From: Malacoraja senta
Lineage: Eukaryota
Direction: 5' to 3'
DNA length: 64,000 nt
Assembly (NCBI GenBank): GCA_038087875.1
Contig: CM076000.1
Coordinates: forward strand, 1,116,001-1,180,000
The stretch's first letter is position 1. Each line of letters opens with the position of its first letter. Of this stretch, positions 39,855 through 52,329 are shown in pieces. The notes under the pieces are model-generated. The model ran no database searches and was not told the DNA's origin. It saw nothing but the letters and a program-made list of their open reading frames with translations. Position numbers and translations under genes: made by a program.

Positions 39855-40354
39855 GCTATTGAGGGAGGGCAACGTAGGTTCGCAAGGTTAATTCCCGGGA
39901 AGGTGGGACTGTCACATGCTGAGAGAATGCAGCAGCTGGGCTTGTATACTCTGGAATTTAGATGGATGAGAGGGGATCATTGAAACATATAAGATTTATT
40001 TAGGGTTTGGACACGCAGCGCTAGAGGCAGGAAACATGTTCCCGATGTTGGGGGAGTCCAGAACCAGGGTCACAGTTTAAGAATTAGGGGTAAGCCATTT
40101 AGATCAGAGATGAGGAAACACCTTTTCACACAGAGAGTTGTGAGTCTGTGGAATTCTCTGCCTCAGAGGGCAGTGGAGGCCGGTTGTCTGGATACTTTCA
40201 AGAGAGTTAGATAGGGCTCTTAAAGATAGCGGAGTCAGGGGAAATGGGGAGAAGGCAGGAACGGGGTACTGATTGTGGATGATCAGCCATGATCACATTG
40301 AATGGCAGTGCTAGCTCGGTGCCGAATGGCCTACTCCTGCACCTATTGTCTATT
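39855..40354 (+). mobile_element. CR1 3' fragment
   Basis: Close match to 6000-6465. Confidence 0.9.
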
Positions 40355-40372
40355 AAGCATCTCACGATCTCA

Positions 40373-40425
<53 letters not shown>

Positions 40426-40514
40426 CATACATACATACTGAGATCAAGAGATGCTGCCTGACCTGCTGAGTTACTCCAGCATTTTGTATATCTACTCTCT
40501 CTATATATTTATAT

Positions 40515-40595
<81 letters not shown>

Positions 40596-40637
40596 GGGTC
40601 AGGTAGCATTTCTGGAGAAAAGGTGATGTTTCGGGTC

Positions 40638-41291
40638 TTCTTCTTCTGTCGTGTGTCTTTTAGACCTGCAGCTTCGTTGAGGCGAGCCAGGCCAACGTGT
40701 CATCGTCCAGGTCAATCAGACCTCGTTCACCATTCGGTGGCCGGTGTTTGGGGCAACTGGTGACTATGTGCTCCACTGTCTGTGTTGGGTCCCCACACTC
40801 ACAGGAGGCGCTGTCCACGAGGCCCCACCTCTTCATCGCTACTCCATAGCGTCCGATGCCTGTCCTCAAGCGGTTGAGGGTTGTCCACTGCTTTCGGGGC
40901 AAGTCCTGGCCAGGGACGTCCATGGGGTCATCGATGTAATGGTGTAGCCTAGATGGTTCCGCTGACTTCCACTGGTCTCTCCATCTCGTCTTGACCCAGG
41001 CAGCCTTAGAAGCGTCAGCCGGTGTTGTGCAGAGCAGCTCTTGGGCTTGCGTGGCAAAGGGGTGCCGTGACTTGAGGCGCACTCGTCGTGGTGTCTCTGT
41101 GACGATCTGATGGAGGAGGTGGGATTCACTGGTCTGTGCCTTTCGAGAGAGGGCCAGCGTGGCTGCTTCTCGTCTGATGTTGTCTGGGGCAATGCCAGCG
41201 AGGATGGGCAGTTGGTTTACTGGGGTGGCTCGTAGGCATCCGGAGACAGTCTGCAGGGCGCTGTTGAGGGCAGCATCCAGCTTCCTCTTGG
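40638..41291 (-). mobile_element. Ingi/Vingi-like non-LTR retrotransposon, 5'-truncated
   Basis: SGCLRATPVNQLPILAGIAP, WTTLNRLRTG and CECGDPTQTVEHIVTSC zinc knuckle with no RNase H between them; (GAA)3 tail. Confidence 0.8.
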
Positions 41292-41435
41292 CGTCGAGAC
41301 CTTCAGACTGAGAGTCAGAGGGGTACTGTGAGGTACGAAATGGTACAAAGAACAAATGAATCAGTATATCTATAGTACAGTATTAATTTATATCTTAATA
41401 TATTTATGAATTTATATATTTATATCTATAGTTCA

Positions 41436-41507
<72 letters not shown>

Positions 41508-41684
41508 TTATACGCACATACACTGAACTATAGATATAAATATATGAATTACTAAATATATTAATATATAAATTAATATAAATCTAACAAATATATATAT
41601 ATGAAGTTCATTCAGTGTGCGTCCCTCCATCACTCTGACACCGGACGTCCCTCCTCCCCCCGAGTCTTGGCGCCGCCTCCGAGC

Positions 41685-41718
41685 CTCTCTCCTTCCTTTC
41701 CGACATTTCCCCGGCAGA
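41685..41718 (+). promoter_or_regulatory. RPL31: RPL31 TCT/5'TOP initiator and non-coding exon 1
   Basis: Pyrimidine tract CTCTCTCCTTCCTTTCC in a CpG-rich region, then ...GGCAGA|gtaagt donor. YY1-like GCCGCCATC just downstream. Typical ribosomal-protein gene layout; exact TSS uncertain. Confidence 0.85.
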
Positions 41719-41889
41719 GTAAGTAGGAGCGGCTGAACGGGGCCGCCGCCATCCGCGTCCATCCGGCCGGCCTGGAGCCCGCAGGCCACGGTAATGTGGA
41801 GATCAGGGATACGTGCACCGAGCTGCGCTCTCCCCGGCGCCCGGTGCCGCCCCTCGGGTGAGGGATTGAGGTCCGATTGATGTGGCAGG

Positions 41890-42100
41890 CTTGGGCCTAG
41901 TGACGGCCGGGCCTGGGCCCCTAGTGACGGCCGGGCCTGGGCCCCTAGTGACGGCCGGGGCCGAGCAGCGTCCTGGGACAGACGGGCCTGGGCCCCTAGT
42001 GACGTCCTGGGACAGACGGGCTTGGACCCCTAGTGACGGCCGGGGCCGAGCAGCGCCCAGGGACAGACGGACCTGGACCTCTAGCGGGGGCCGAGCCCGC
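41890..42100 (+). repeat. GC-rich ~24-bp minisatellite in RPL31 intron 1
   Basis: Repeated GGGCCTGGGCCCCTAGTGACGGCC units with variants. Confidence 0.88.
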
Positions 42101-42221
42101 GTAGGCCATCGGCTCCACCTGTCTGCAAGGACGTGCCGCCGACACCCCGGTCTCTGGGCTGGTAACGGGGTACCGTGTGAAAGCTGGACATTTTAACCCC
42201 CGTGGCGGAGCGTGTGTTTAA

Positions 42222-42371
<150 letters not shown>

Positions 42372-44494
42372 TAAGTAAAGAGAATAAAGCAAAAGTACGA
42401 AAATCGTGGAAACGCTCAACAAATCTTGTAGCATCTGTCAAAAGAGAAACATTGTTGTCGTTTCAGGTCGAAGACCCTGGGTCAGAACTAGTTAAGAGTG
42501 AAAAACTGAAGAGATAGTGTAATCTACTATTCCTACACTCTAAGCAGAGATAGATAGGTTCTTGATTAGTAATGGGTAGAGTACGGGAAGGCAGGAGAGG
42601 GGTTGGGAGGGGGAGATGGATCAGCCATGATTGAATGGCCTAATTCTGCTACTGTCACATGAACTCTTGTATGACACTCCCCGACTTTCACAAGGGTTGT
42701 GTTCAGTAAACCTTTGTGCATGTCAGATTCTATGCAGGTTGGAATCACCTTAAAACTAGCTAGAAACAAAGATATGAAGATTAATGCACAAAATGACACA
42801 AAGTGTTGGAGTAACTCAGCGGGGCAGGCAGCATCTCTGGAGAACATGGATAGGTGACTTCAAGTCGGGGGTCATCTTCAGACTGATTCTGTTACCTGCT
42901 GAGTTACTCCAGCACTTTCTGTCATTTCACCATAAAACTTGGCGCCGATGCTGCATGTCTGTACCAGCGAGTCCTTCTTCACCAGCTGCTGCGCCGTCCG
43001 GTTGACGCTGCGGTCGATGTGGCTCGCGTTGTTGCCCCTGGTCGACTGCACTTTCTTCAGGGTACCGTCACTGACAGGACATGCTCCGTTACCGTGGGGC
43101 TACCTCCTCTCACCAGCTGCCGGTTCTTCCTGTCGGTTGTCACTTCGTCCACTCCATCGCTCCCCCTTCCTCCTCCCCTGGAGTCGTCGACATCTTCCAC
43201 CTTGTGTTTCTCACTTTTATTAAACCCTCTGATCACGGCAAAACCCGCCCGCCCTGCCTCTAAACCTGTTGGGTCCCGATTTAGCGGCTGCGAAGCATCC
43301 AAAATCCCTTGGCATTGTGAGCCTAAATTTATATATATAGTTTTAAAAAATACCGCACTGTATGCAATAAGGCATCTCACTGTACCTAGGGGCATGCGGC
43401 AATAAAGTACCATTGTTTTGGAGACGAGGGGGTTGAAGGGTCCTGACCAGAAATGTCACCTGTCATGTCCTCCAGAGATGCTGCCTGACCCACTGAGTTA
43501 TTCCAATATTTTGTATTCTGCACACAATTTGTTTAGACTCTGGGGGTGCCTGGATGTATTTTCACCTTTCCGCCATGATCTTTCTCCACTCCCGATTCCC
43601 CCCCTATCAATGTTTTGACTTTGAATATTTAGAGACTTTATTTTTAGTTGCAAAGACCCTCAAATAACTCAGCCCATCCGTTCGTAAGTAGATAACCTAT
43701 TATTTGTAAATGGTGTTCCTCGGCAAAACATTTTTCATGACTTTCCTCCTATCAAGACCCCTCGGGATTTTTTGCACATGTCCCCTCTCACACTTCAACA
43801 TTTCAGAGCCATCCCAGCCTAATAAATCTTTTGAATCTTTTAAATCTCTGAATATTCTAATCTTTACCACTATATTTAGTGTTCGTACACATTCTCAGTG
43901 TCCCACAATGTTTGGTTAGATTGATACAGAAGCAGTCATGAACTGTTGGGACAATTACTGAAAAATTAGCCAAAACAGTAAACTTACAACAAACCAGGTG
44001 GTGAGATTTTGAGTAAATTCCAGAGCTTGGGACTTCATTGGCCAATTGCATATGTGTCACTGGTGGAGTGAAATAATTGTATAATTCATGAGCGGCCTGC
44101 ATTGGATTTCTGCAGAGTGAGACCATGGGAGCTGTTCAAACAAAAAGATCCACATTTTTAAAATGAGTATTGATGGGCTGAGAAACAAATGTGGCTAGTG
44201 AGAGTTTGGCAAGTGGGTTATTGTGTTCGATTGGACGTGCAGTAATTTTGAATTACCTTAAGCTTACAGATCAGGCAGGAAGGCACTCGCTATCCAGAAG
44301 GGTACATAGGCTGGAGCAATGTTATTATGGATGTTTAGTGTCAAGCAAGTTTGTGAAAGCTGCCAAGAGAAAGTTTAGTGAGGGGTTGGCAATGGTTGTG
44401 ATGTTTGTCAATTTGTCCACCCCCATTGATTTAATATTCAGTAGTGCATAATTGGACTGGGGGCTGTGGATTTACTGTTCTCAAATTACCGTAT

Positions 44495-45354
44495 AGGGGG
44501 GTTGCACGTAAGGTCACTGGGTCATAGGGCTTGACGCACGTAACCGCTCAATCCATTTGGAGGACATATGTAACTTCCGGTATATGTTATTAATGCAAGA
44601 AACGCGTACTTTCCTACCTGTTAAAACCGCCAAAATGTTGAATTTTTGCGCTGTAAAAAATTGTGGAAGTCGGGGTAAGTGTGAGAGACATGTACCCAAC
44701 TTCAGAATTCCAAAAGTGAAGCGAAATGAAGGTAAAGAGAAGCGAGGTCTGAAGGGACAACAGCAGCTAAAGTGTTTGGCGAACATTGGCCGTGCAGATA
44801 TCGGAATTGAAAATATTGGGAATTATTGTGTTTGCTCACTGCATTTCATCAACAGTAAGGCATTATTTGTTTTTTTTCTTGATTCCTTTGGTATCTAAAA
44901 AGTCTCAGAAGTGATAAATCTGGTCGTAAATTTTGCTTCAGAGGCGTTTTCTTTTTGTATGTAAAAACCCACTTGAGAACCATGGACGATTTATCACTTC
45001 TGAAACTTTTTAGATGCCAAAGGAATCAAGAAAAAACACAAATAATGCCTTAGTTGATGAAATGCAGTGAGCAAACGGCCAATGTTCGACAAGCACTCTG
45101 GCTGTTGTTGTTCCTTCAGCTCTCGCTTCTATCTACCGTCATTTCTCCTCACTTTTTGAATTCTGAAGTAGGCTAAATGTCTCTCACGCTTATCCCGATT
45201 TCCATAATTATTTACAGCGCCAAAATGGTGACAATTTCGGCGGGTTTTAACAATGGTAAGTGCTTACCTGCAGTTCATCGCGTGTACTCCATTTGGCGTA
45301 GCGTAGCAACAGTATGGGTCATGGGTCGTGACCCGACTGCCGTGAAACCTCCCT
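44495..45354. mobile_element. Palindromic non-autonomous DNA transposon with THAP remnant (ISL2EU-like)
   Basis: Termini AGGGGGGTTGCACG / CGTGAAACCTCCCT flanked by AT. The two halves are inverted copies. The left half encodes MLNFCAVKNC...FRIP...VCSLHF (THAP C2CH). Confidence 0.78.
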
Positions 45355-45591
45355 ATATACACAATGAAGTTGGGTTTCTTTGCTGGTATTTTAAATATGG
45401 GTTAGTAGTTCTGCAAATTCAGTATTTTTTTATGACGTGTTGTTGGTGCTTCTAAAATTTGTCATAAATAGAACATGGGCAGTGAATAGTTTCTCTAGAT
45501 TGGAGGCTGCAGTGGTTGTAATGTGTACTTAGTTATAATATTAATAATGTGGACTCTAGTTGGTGAACTAATTTAAAACTTTTTTTTAAAG

Positions 45592-45717
45592 CGGCTTTAA
45601 GCGACGTGCTCCACGCGCCATTAAGGAGATCCGAAAATTTGCTGTGAAGGAAATGGGGACCCCTGATGTCCGCATTGATACTCGTCTAAACAAGGCTGTT
45701 TGGGCTAAAGGTGTAAG
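45592..45717 (+). CDS. RPL31: RPL31 coding exon 2
   Basis: taaag|C...AG|gtatg, 126 nt. Translates [41 protein letters not shown](R). Confidence 0.98.
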
Positions 45718-45907
45718 GTATGTGAGTGGTTGCAAATAATTCTTTGTTTGAGTTAGCTCGGTCATTCAGTAATAGTTCAGAGTGAGTCCGTTGTTATTCT
45801 TCTGACACTTTCGTTTATCCTTGAATTTGGTCATGTTCCTCTTGAAAATTTCTATTGAATCGACTTCCATCTTTTAATGTAGTGCATCCTAGTTTGTAAC
45901 AGCTTAA

Positions 45908-46205
45908 GGGCGGCACAGTGGTGCAGCAGAATAGTTGCTACCTTACAGTGCTGGAGGCCCGGGTTCATTCCGTCCGGGTGCTGTCTGTACAGAGTTTATA
46001 TGCTCTCCCTGTGACCACGTGGGTTTTCTATGGGTGCTCCAGTTTCCTCCCACATTCCAAAAATGTAGAGATTTGTAGGTTAATTGGCTTTGGTGAAATT
46101 GTAAATTGTCCCTAGTGTGTAGGATATGCTTGTGAAAGGGGTGATTGCTGGTTGGCATGGACTTGGTGGACCAAAGTGCCTGTTTCTGCACTGTATCTCT
46201 AAAGT
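45908..46205 (+). mobile_element. tRNA-derived SINE (HE1/V-SINE-like)
   Basis: A-box-like GTGGTGCAGCAG, B-box-like GGGTTCATTCC, central GTGGGTTTTCT..GGGTGCTCCAGTTTCCTCCCACA core, LINE-like tail. Confidence 0.8.
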
Positions 46206-46574
46206 ATTAATGTAACTTTGTAATATCTTTATGTTTTGGGTTCATTGATTGGTGTCCTTGTATATAGCAAATTTTGAGATTTCTGCATGGTATTAGCTAA
46301 ATTTAGGGGTGATGGTCCTGATACTAGCTAATGAAAAGTTTCCCCAACTATATCTGTCTGACAAACAAATTCTCTCTTTTTGTAGTTGAGTCATTAAAAA
46401 AAATCTATATTAATGTATTTTAGGTATTAGTATCGTACGGTCCAAAAAAATTCTTGTCCAGCACCATAATTCTGATGGTGCTGGGGTAACAGTATTCATT
46501 TTAATTTATATACCCTTGCATTTTGGGTGAGACATTCAACACCTTCTTTGAATAGAGAGTCATACAGCTCAGCA

Positions 46575-47575
46575 ACAGGTCCTTTGGCCCAACTTGCTCA
46601 TGCTGACCAAATCTGGCAGCTTGTTCCGTATTACCACCATCCTCTGTATGGAAAAGTTGCTCCTCAAGTTCCTATTTAAACTTTTACCCTCTCACTTTAA
46701 ACCTATGTCCTCTGGTTCTTGATTTCTTTAATTTGCATAAAAGACTGCACTCGCCCTATTTCCCTCATGAACTTACACATCTCTATAAGGTCACCCTTCA
46801 TCCACCTGCACTCCAAGGAATAAAGTCTGAATAGACCCAGCCCTTCTAAGTCCTGCAACATGAGGACGGCACTATGAATGGGGTAGTTGTCCCTCAGTTA
46901 ACAACGAGATCACCAAACAGACACTACAACCCAACTCTGTTGACCAAGTTAGTCCCATTTGTCTGCATTTGGACCTCTTAACCATTCTTATCTGCACATG
47001 CATCCAAATATCTATTAATTGTGATTGTCCCTGTCTGGATCACTTTCTCTGGCAGCTTGTGCCATATATGCAATAACCTCTACATGAAGAAGTTGCCCCT
47101 CAGCTCCCATTTAAATATTTCCCCTCTTACATTAAACTCGTGTCCTGTAGTTTTTGCGGAGCATCCTGGACAATACAGCTCACCCCCTCCATGACACACG
47201 GGTCAACCTGAGGAGTACCTTCAGCAACAGACTGGTTCCACCAAGATGCAGGACAGAATGCCACAGGAGATCCTTCTTCCCTGTCGCTATCAAACTGTAT
47301 AACTCCTCCCCCTTCTGTCATGGGATAGACTGACCCCCTCCCCCCACCCCAAATCTTTACACATCCCCAATCCTTTCCACTCGTCAGTTTTATTTCATGT
47401 ATTTTATGATTGTTGGCAGTTCAATTTCCCTCATGGGATAAATAAAGTTCTATCGTATTACCTTTCCATGGGAAAAAGACTGAGCATTTACCTTGTCTGT
47501 GTCCTCATGATTTTATACTAGCAATAAATTCCTTGCCTACCCAACCTCTCCCTATAACAGGTCCTGACAACATTC
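46575..47575 (-). mobile_element. Cluster of degenerate CR1 3' fragments with a nested Rex1-like piece (~47130-47460, +)
   Basis: Similar to 29328-29645 and 62646-63000. Confidence 0.65.
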
Positions 47576-48889
47576 TTATTTTTTTTGTAATAAATTAGTA
47601 TATGTCCAGCTAAAATATATTTCCTATTGTAGCATAATTCTAGATGTTTGCTGTGTGAAAATTGGCTTCCACGTTTCATAATCTCAGCATTGAATTAAAA
47701 TGCTATAAACTGATGTGGTCTGACTAGAAAATAGCCTTTGTAAATGTATGTGTGACTTTTGGTTGGTGTAAACGGTAATTGAAATTTGAATCATACAATT
47801 TAGAACATAGCTGTTCAAGCGAGGAATCAGAGGAAAACACTTCTAACTTCAAGTAACCCTTGGATCTCCCCCCCTCACCCAAGTTGTATCAGCTTCAAAG
47901 TCATCTTGTTGAGTCTCATTGTCTGTACTCATTTTCACCTAGCACACAGCTGACAAACTGTTTCCTTATCATTGTTACTTTTTTTTGCATATCTTTCATC
48001 CATTTGTTCTATATCTCTCTACATTACCTTCTATATCTCGTTTCTCTTTCCCGACTCTGTCTGAAGGGTTTTGACCCGAAACGTCACCTATTTCTTTTCT
48101 CCAGAGATGCTGTCTGACTCGCTGAGTTACTCCAGCTTTATGTGTCTATCTATAACGGTTCAACCTATTGTTTCTCAGCACTTTGCTGCATGTACTCAAA
48201 TTGAGTGGGAGAGGAATTGTTCTATGATTGTTTCTAATTAATTATTTCCTCTCAAATGTAATGTAAGATTTGAGACCAACCACCTTTCAGAATATTAGAC
48301 TGGTAACTGAATCTCCACAGGTTGTATGGTCCTTAAATTACTTTTACATCTTGTGCCACAGTTTTGTGTTGCCAATTGTAATGAAAATACATAATTCTGG
48401 TTCTGCACACTTGGAAGTGTTTGTCATTTTGAGTTTTAGTACTTTGCTCACTTTTGTGTTTGTGGCTGATTTTATATTATTGGTTAGAATTAGAATCCAG
48501 GTTAAACAAACAAATGCAGTATGTATTTGTGCAGGGGTGAAGATTTAACATGCAGTGTTACAAGTGGTGCAATCAGTACTCTGCCTGGACTCCAAATGTC
48601 AACCGTTCTTTAGGTCATTAGAGTGGCAAACTGACATTGAATTTAAAAAAAATCAACAAACTATATTAATAATACAGGTGATGAAAACAATGTTGGAAAG
48701 TTAATTTGAACTCTTTCTCCACGAGTGCTGCTTAATCAGCAGTTTGTGATTTTGGATCTTTTCACTCCCACCAGTTAAAAAGTAAGCAATCTTAATATAT
48801 TTACAGTTTAGTTCAACATTACAATACATTAATATCTGCAGCCTCAAATGGTCCAGTTTTTCAAACTGGTTCATCTTTCCTAAGCCTGA

Positions 48890-49081
<192 letters not shown>

Positions 49082-50099
49082 TGATTGCCATGTATTATCC
49101 CCTTTCAATCATTTATGGATATACTGTAAAACATGTCCCAATCCTTTTCAAACCTAAAAAAACACACTTAAGAGTGAATGGCAGACCACTTCCCTGCAAC
49201 GTTGATGAGTAACTTTGCTTGTATGAAGGGTAGCGTTGAATTGGTTTTCATTCTGGTCATGGGTGTTTAAAGTAAGATAATCAATTCAATGAATCTTGTC
49301 ACATAAAATAATCTCTAGATTAGTTAGTTCAGAATCAGGTTATGAACTACTAATCTTGCTTCAGAATTATTATAGTCTTCCTACAAATGAAGCCCTTGTT
49401 CCAACAGATTGGGTTACTTCCCTGGTAGTAACAAGACAAATGACCATAATTTCTTTTGAACTAAAGGGTATTGACATCATTGGGTACTGTTTGAATCAGT
49501 ATTGTGTCTCGTGCTAATTTTCCATCAGCTACCCAATGCAGGCAACATTTAATTAAATTGCATACCACTTTTGGTAAAGTTATTGGTACTTAAAAAATGT
49601 GCTGCCACTTAAGAGAATTATGGACTACCTCAGTTATAGCATTGCTACGGATTTAGTAATTAAGATAGCCTGGATTTTCAATCAACCATCCCTATTTTAG
49701 CATAAGTCCTGCAGTGACAATAGGTATCTGCTAAATACAAATTTGGTGATTCATATGTTTCTATTACTTCCAGTCTCAAATCATTCTGTTTCTATGAAAG
49801 AAAATGTTTGGAAATGTTATAGGATACTCCATGGTGGTTGAGAGGATTTTAAATACTTTTGAAACATTAGCTGGCAACAGGAAATAAGATCTAGTATTAT
49901 TAGACATAAACATTGATGGGTTAGTTAGTACGCTTGTAGACGGCCCCAAGATTGCTGGGGATGTGGGATTTTTTTTTAACATAATTTTTTAATTTACTGC
50001 ACATTTATTATTATCTATTGTACTGTATTTACAAAACTCTTGTGCTGCCGTAAGAATGTCATTGTTCGGTTTTGGTTCCTATGACAATAAAAAAAACAT

Positions 50100-50815
50100 G
50101 ACACCAAGGAACGCAGTCAAAGTAAGGATATAGATTGGCCACGGACATGAGCAGATAAATGTCAGGTGGAATTTAATCTGAGCTAGTGGGAGGTTGAAAG
50201 TAACAGAAGAGTATATAGTTAATGGCAAGACCCTTAACAGCATTGATGTCAAGAGGGATTGTGGAGTTCAAGTCCTTTTCTCCCTGAAAGTGGCAACATA
50301 AGTAGAAAGTGGTATGGTAGTGTACAGTATGCTTGTCTTCATTGGTCAGGACGTTAAGTATAAGAGTCAGGAAGCATGTGTAGAGTTTTGAAAGGTGCAG
50401 AGGTGGTTTACTCGAATGATGCCTGGATTATGGGATATTAGCTACAGGGAGCGACTTGGATTGTTTTCTCTGGAACACCAGAGGTTGAGCAGGTAACCTG
50501 ACAAATATATATGAAATGTATAAAGAAGCATAGATAGGGTACACAGTCAGAACCCTTTTCCCCAGGATGGAAATATCAAATGCTTGATGGCATGGGTTTA
50601 AGAGAAGGGCAAAGTTTAAAGGAGATGCACATGGAAGAAATTTAAAGAGGGTGATGAGGGTCTGGAATGTGCCGCTGTTGGTGGAAGCAGATACAATAGC
50701 AGCATGAGACATGGATTGGCACAAACCAGGAGATAAGAGTTGGTCTTGACATCACTTTCAATGCAGATCTGGTCCACAAGGCCTGTTCCTGTGCTATACT
50801 TATTTTATGTTCTAT
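50100..50815 (+). mobile_element. Degenerate CR1 3' fragment
   Basis: Colinear with 38056-38700. Confidence 0.75.
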
Positions 50816-50889
50816 GTTTATTAGATAATCTACAATTGACAGTGACATAAAGGGTTGGATATCTGAAATACATGTATTTTGTTTTGCAG

Positions 50890-50921
50890 GTTTACAGACA
50901 GTCAATGTTGATGAAAACTGA
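50890..50921 (+). CDS. RPL31: RPL31 terminal coding exon
   Basis: ttgcag|GT...TGA, translating (G)LQTVNVDEN*. Total CDS is 378 nt = 125 aa. Confidence 0.97.
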
Positions 50922-50940
50922 ACACCCGATTGTTTAAAAA

Positions 50941-50946
50941 AATAAA
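50941..50946 (+). terminator. RPL31 poly(A) signal
   Basis: AATAAA 20 nt after the stop, with GT-rich sequence downstream. Confidence 0.85.
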
Positions 50947-51045
50947 CAGTAACTTGATTTTCTGTCTGGTTGATTGTTTAATACATTTATGACGTACAAC
51001 TATAAAATTGAAATCACATGCAGACACAAAGCATACAAAAATGAA

Positions 51046-51051
51046 TTTATT
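51046..51051 (-). terminator. Candidate TBC1D8 poly(A) signal
   Basis: TTTATT on + (AATAAA on -), ~112 nt past the TBC1D8 stop. Confidence 0.6.
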
Positions 51052-51162
51052 CAAAAGTGCACAAACTATCATTAAATTTGACATTAGCCCCAACACAAAG
51101 GACAACAGAAGTTTATACTAAAACTAAGTTTCAACTGCCAGCGCTGAAACAAATTCCCTCGG

Positions 51163-51579
51163 TTAGTGGATAGTCAGATTAATTCTCTGTTGGTATTGAT
51201 TTGCTTTAGCATGGAGAAGTTTACTTTTTATAGCCACTGATTTCTCAAAAAAGTTCACAAGGCTTTGCTCAGTCAGTAGGGAAGCCAAAATTTGCTCAAA
51301 AGACACACTCCAGTCATCTTCAGGCTGTGACAGTGGATTATTATTCATGTGTAGATCCTCTTCAAAGACAGAGTCCGCTGCATCAGTGGGCGTTAGCAGC
51401 TCCGATTCTTTAGAACTAGTCAGTTCAGACAAGCTGCTTGAACTGCGTGTTCTTTGACCTTCTTCGCCAATCTGAAGTAGAAGAGTAGTGACAGTTGCAA
51501 TAGCTTGGTAAAGATTGTTCTCCTCGGGGTCTTCTCGAAACATATTGCACAATGACTTGCAAAACTGGATGAAATCTCT
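51163..51579 (-). CDS. TBC1D8: TBC1 domain family member 8, terminal coding exon
   Basis: ctgcag|AGA...TAA on -. Translates RDFIQFCKSLCNMFREDPEENNLYQAIATVTTLLLQIGE...WSVSFEQILASLLTEQSLVNFFEK. Synteny with RPL31 supports TBC1D8 over paralogues. Confidence 0.95.
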   Translation of the reverse strand, partial: RDFIQFCKSLCNMFREDPEENNLYQAIATVTTLLLQIGEEGQRTRSSSSLSELTSSKESELLTPTDAADSVFEEDLHMNNNPLSQPEDDWSVSFEQILASLLTEQSLVNFFEKSVAIKSKLLHAKANQYQQRINLTIH

Positions 51580-52329
51580 CTGCAGGAAATCAAATGCAAG
51601 ATATAATACCAAATCCCAAACTAATTTCCATCTACTGGAATATGGGTGCCCGACTGTCATTTTTTCCCGCTTCTTACGCATGCACATTACAATATTTATG
51701 CGACCGTGAAAGAATGGAGTTTGTTATTTTGCTCCTGCTCAAATTATGGAAATTAAATTAATTCACAATAACATACGCAAGTCCCCCCCAAAAACTACTA
51801 ATCAAAATGTTGTTTCTATTAACATTCATTTAGCAGTAGGCTAGGAGTAATGGGTACAGACGACATTTTCAGTTTTGCAACATTTGAATAGCTTTGTAAA
51901 TAAATACTTTTGTTGTATTCCTACAGTAAAGATAGGGAGGTCAAGTATGCCGTTTCCTCCAGACCTCGGTAATTCATGTCTGTTTCAGATATGATTGTAG
52001 GGCTGCTTGTGCAAGGTAAAACTCAGATCAGAGAACACAAGAATTAGCCCTGCCCAAGACATACATTGTATTTGGCATTTATGTGGGCATTCATGGGTGA
52101 GAAACACTACATTGGAGAGCACAGCTCCTGTTTACAGGGAGTTATTAAGAATCTGGACTTCATTTATGCTCTAGTTTATTGTGCATCTTGCTATAGTGAA
52201 AAGCATATTGGAAGATATAGATAGGTACAGGAGCAGTGTGGGAAGTTTTAGAGCACCAGCGGTGGGACGAGTACAATATTGGGATTGATTTGAAAGTTGA
52301 TCAAGTGGGATAAGTTAAATGTGGAGAGA

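Noticed and set aside
44635..45717. THAP-RPL31 fusion by splicing from the 44855 donor
   Set aside because: The THAP segment ends in phase 1, while the next RPL31 exon needs phase 2.
45908..45975. tRNA gene
   Set aside because: A/B-box-like head continues into a SINE body and no complete cloverleaf is evident.
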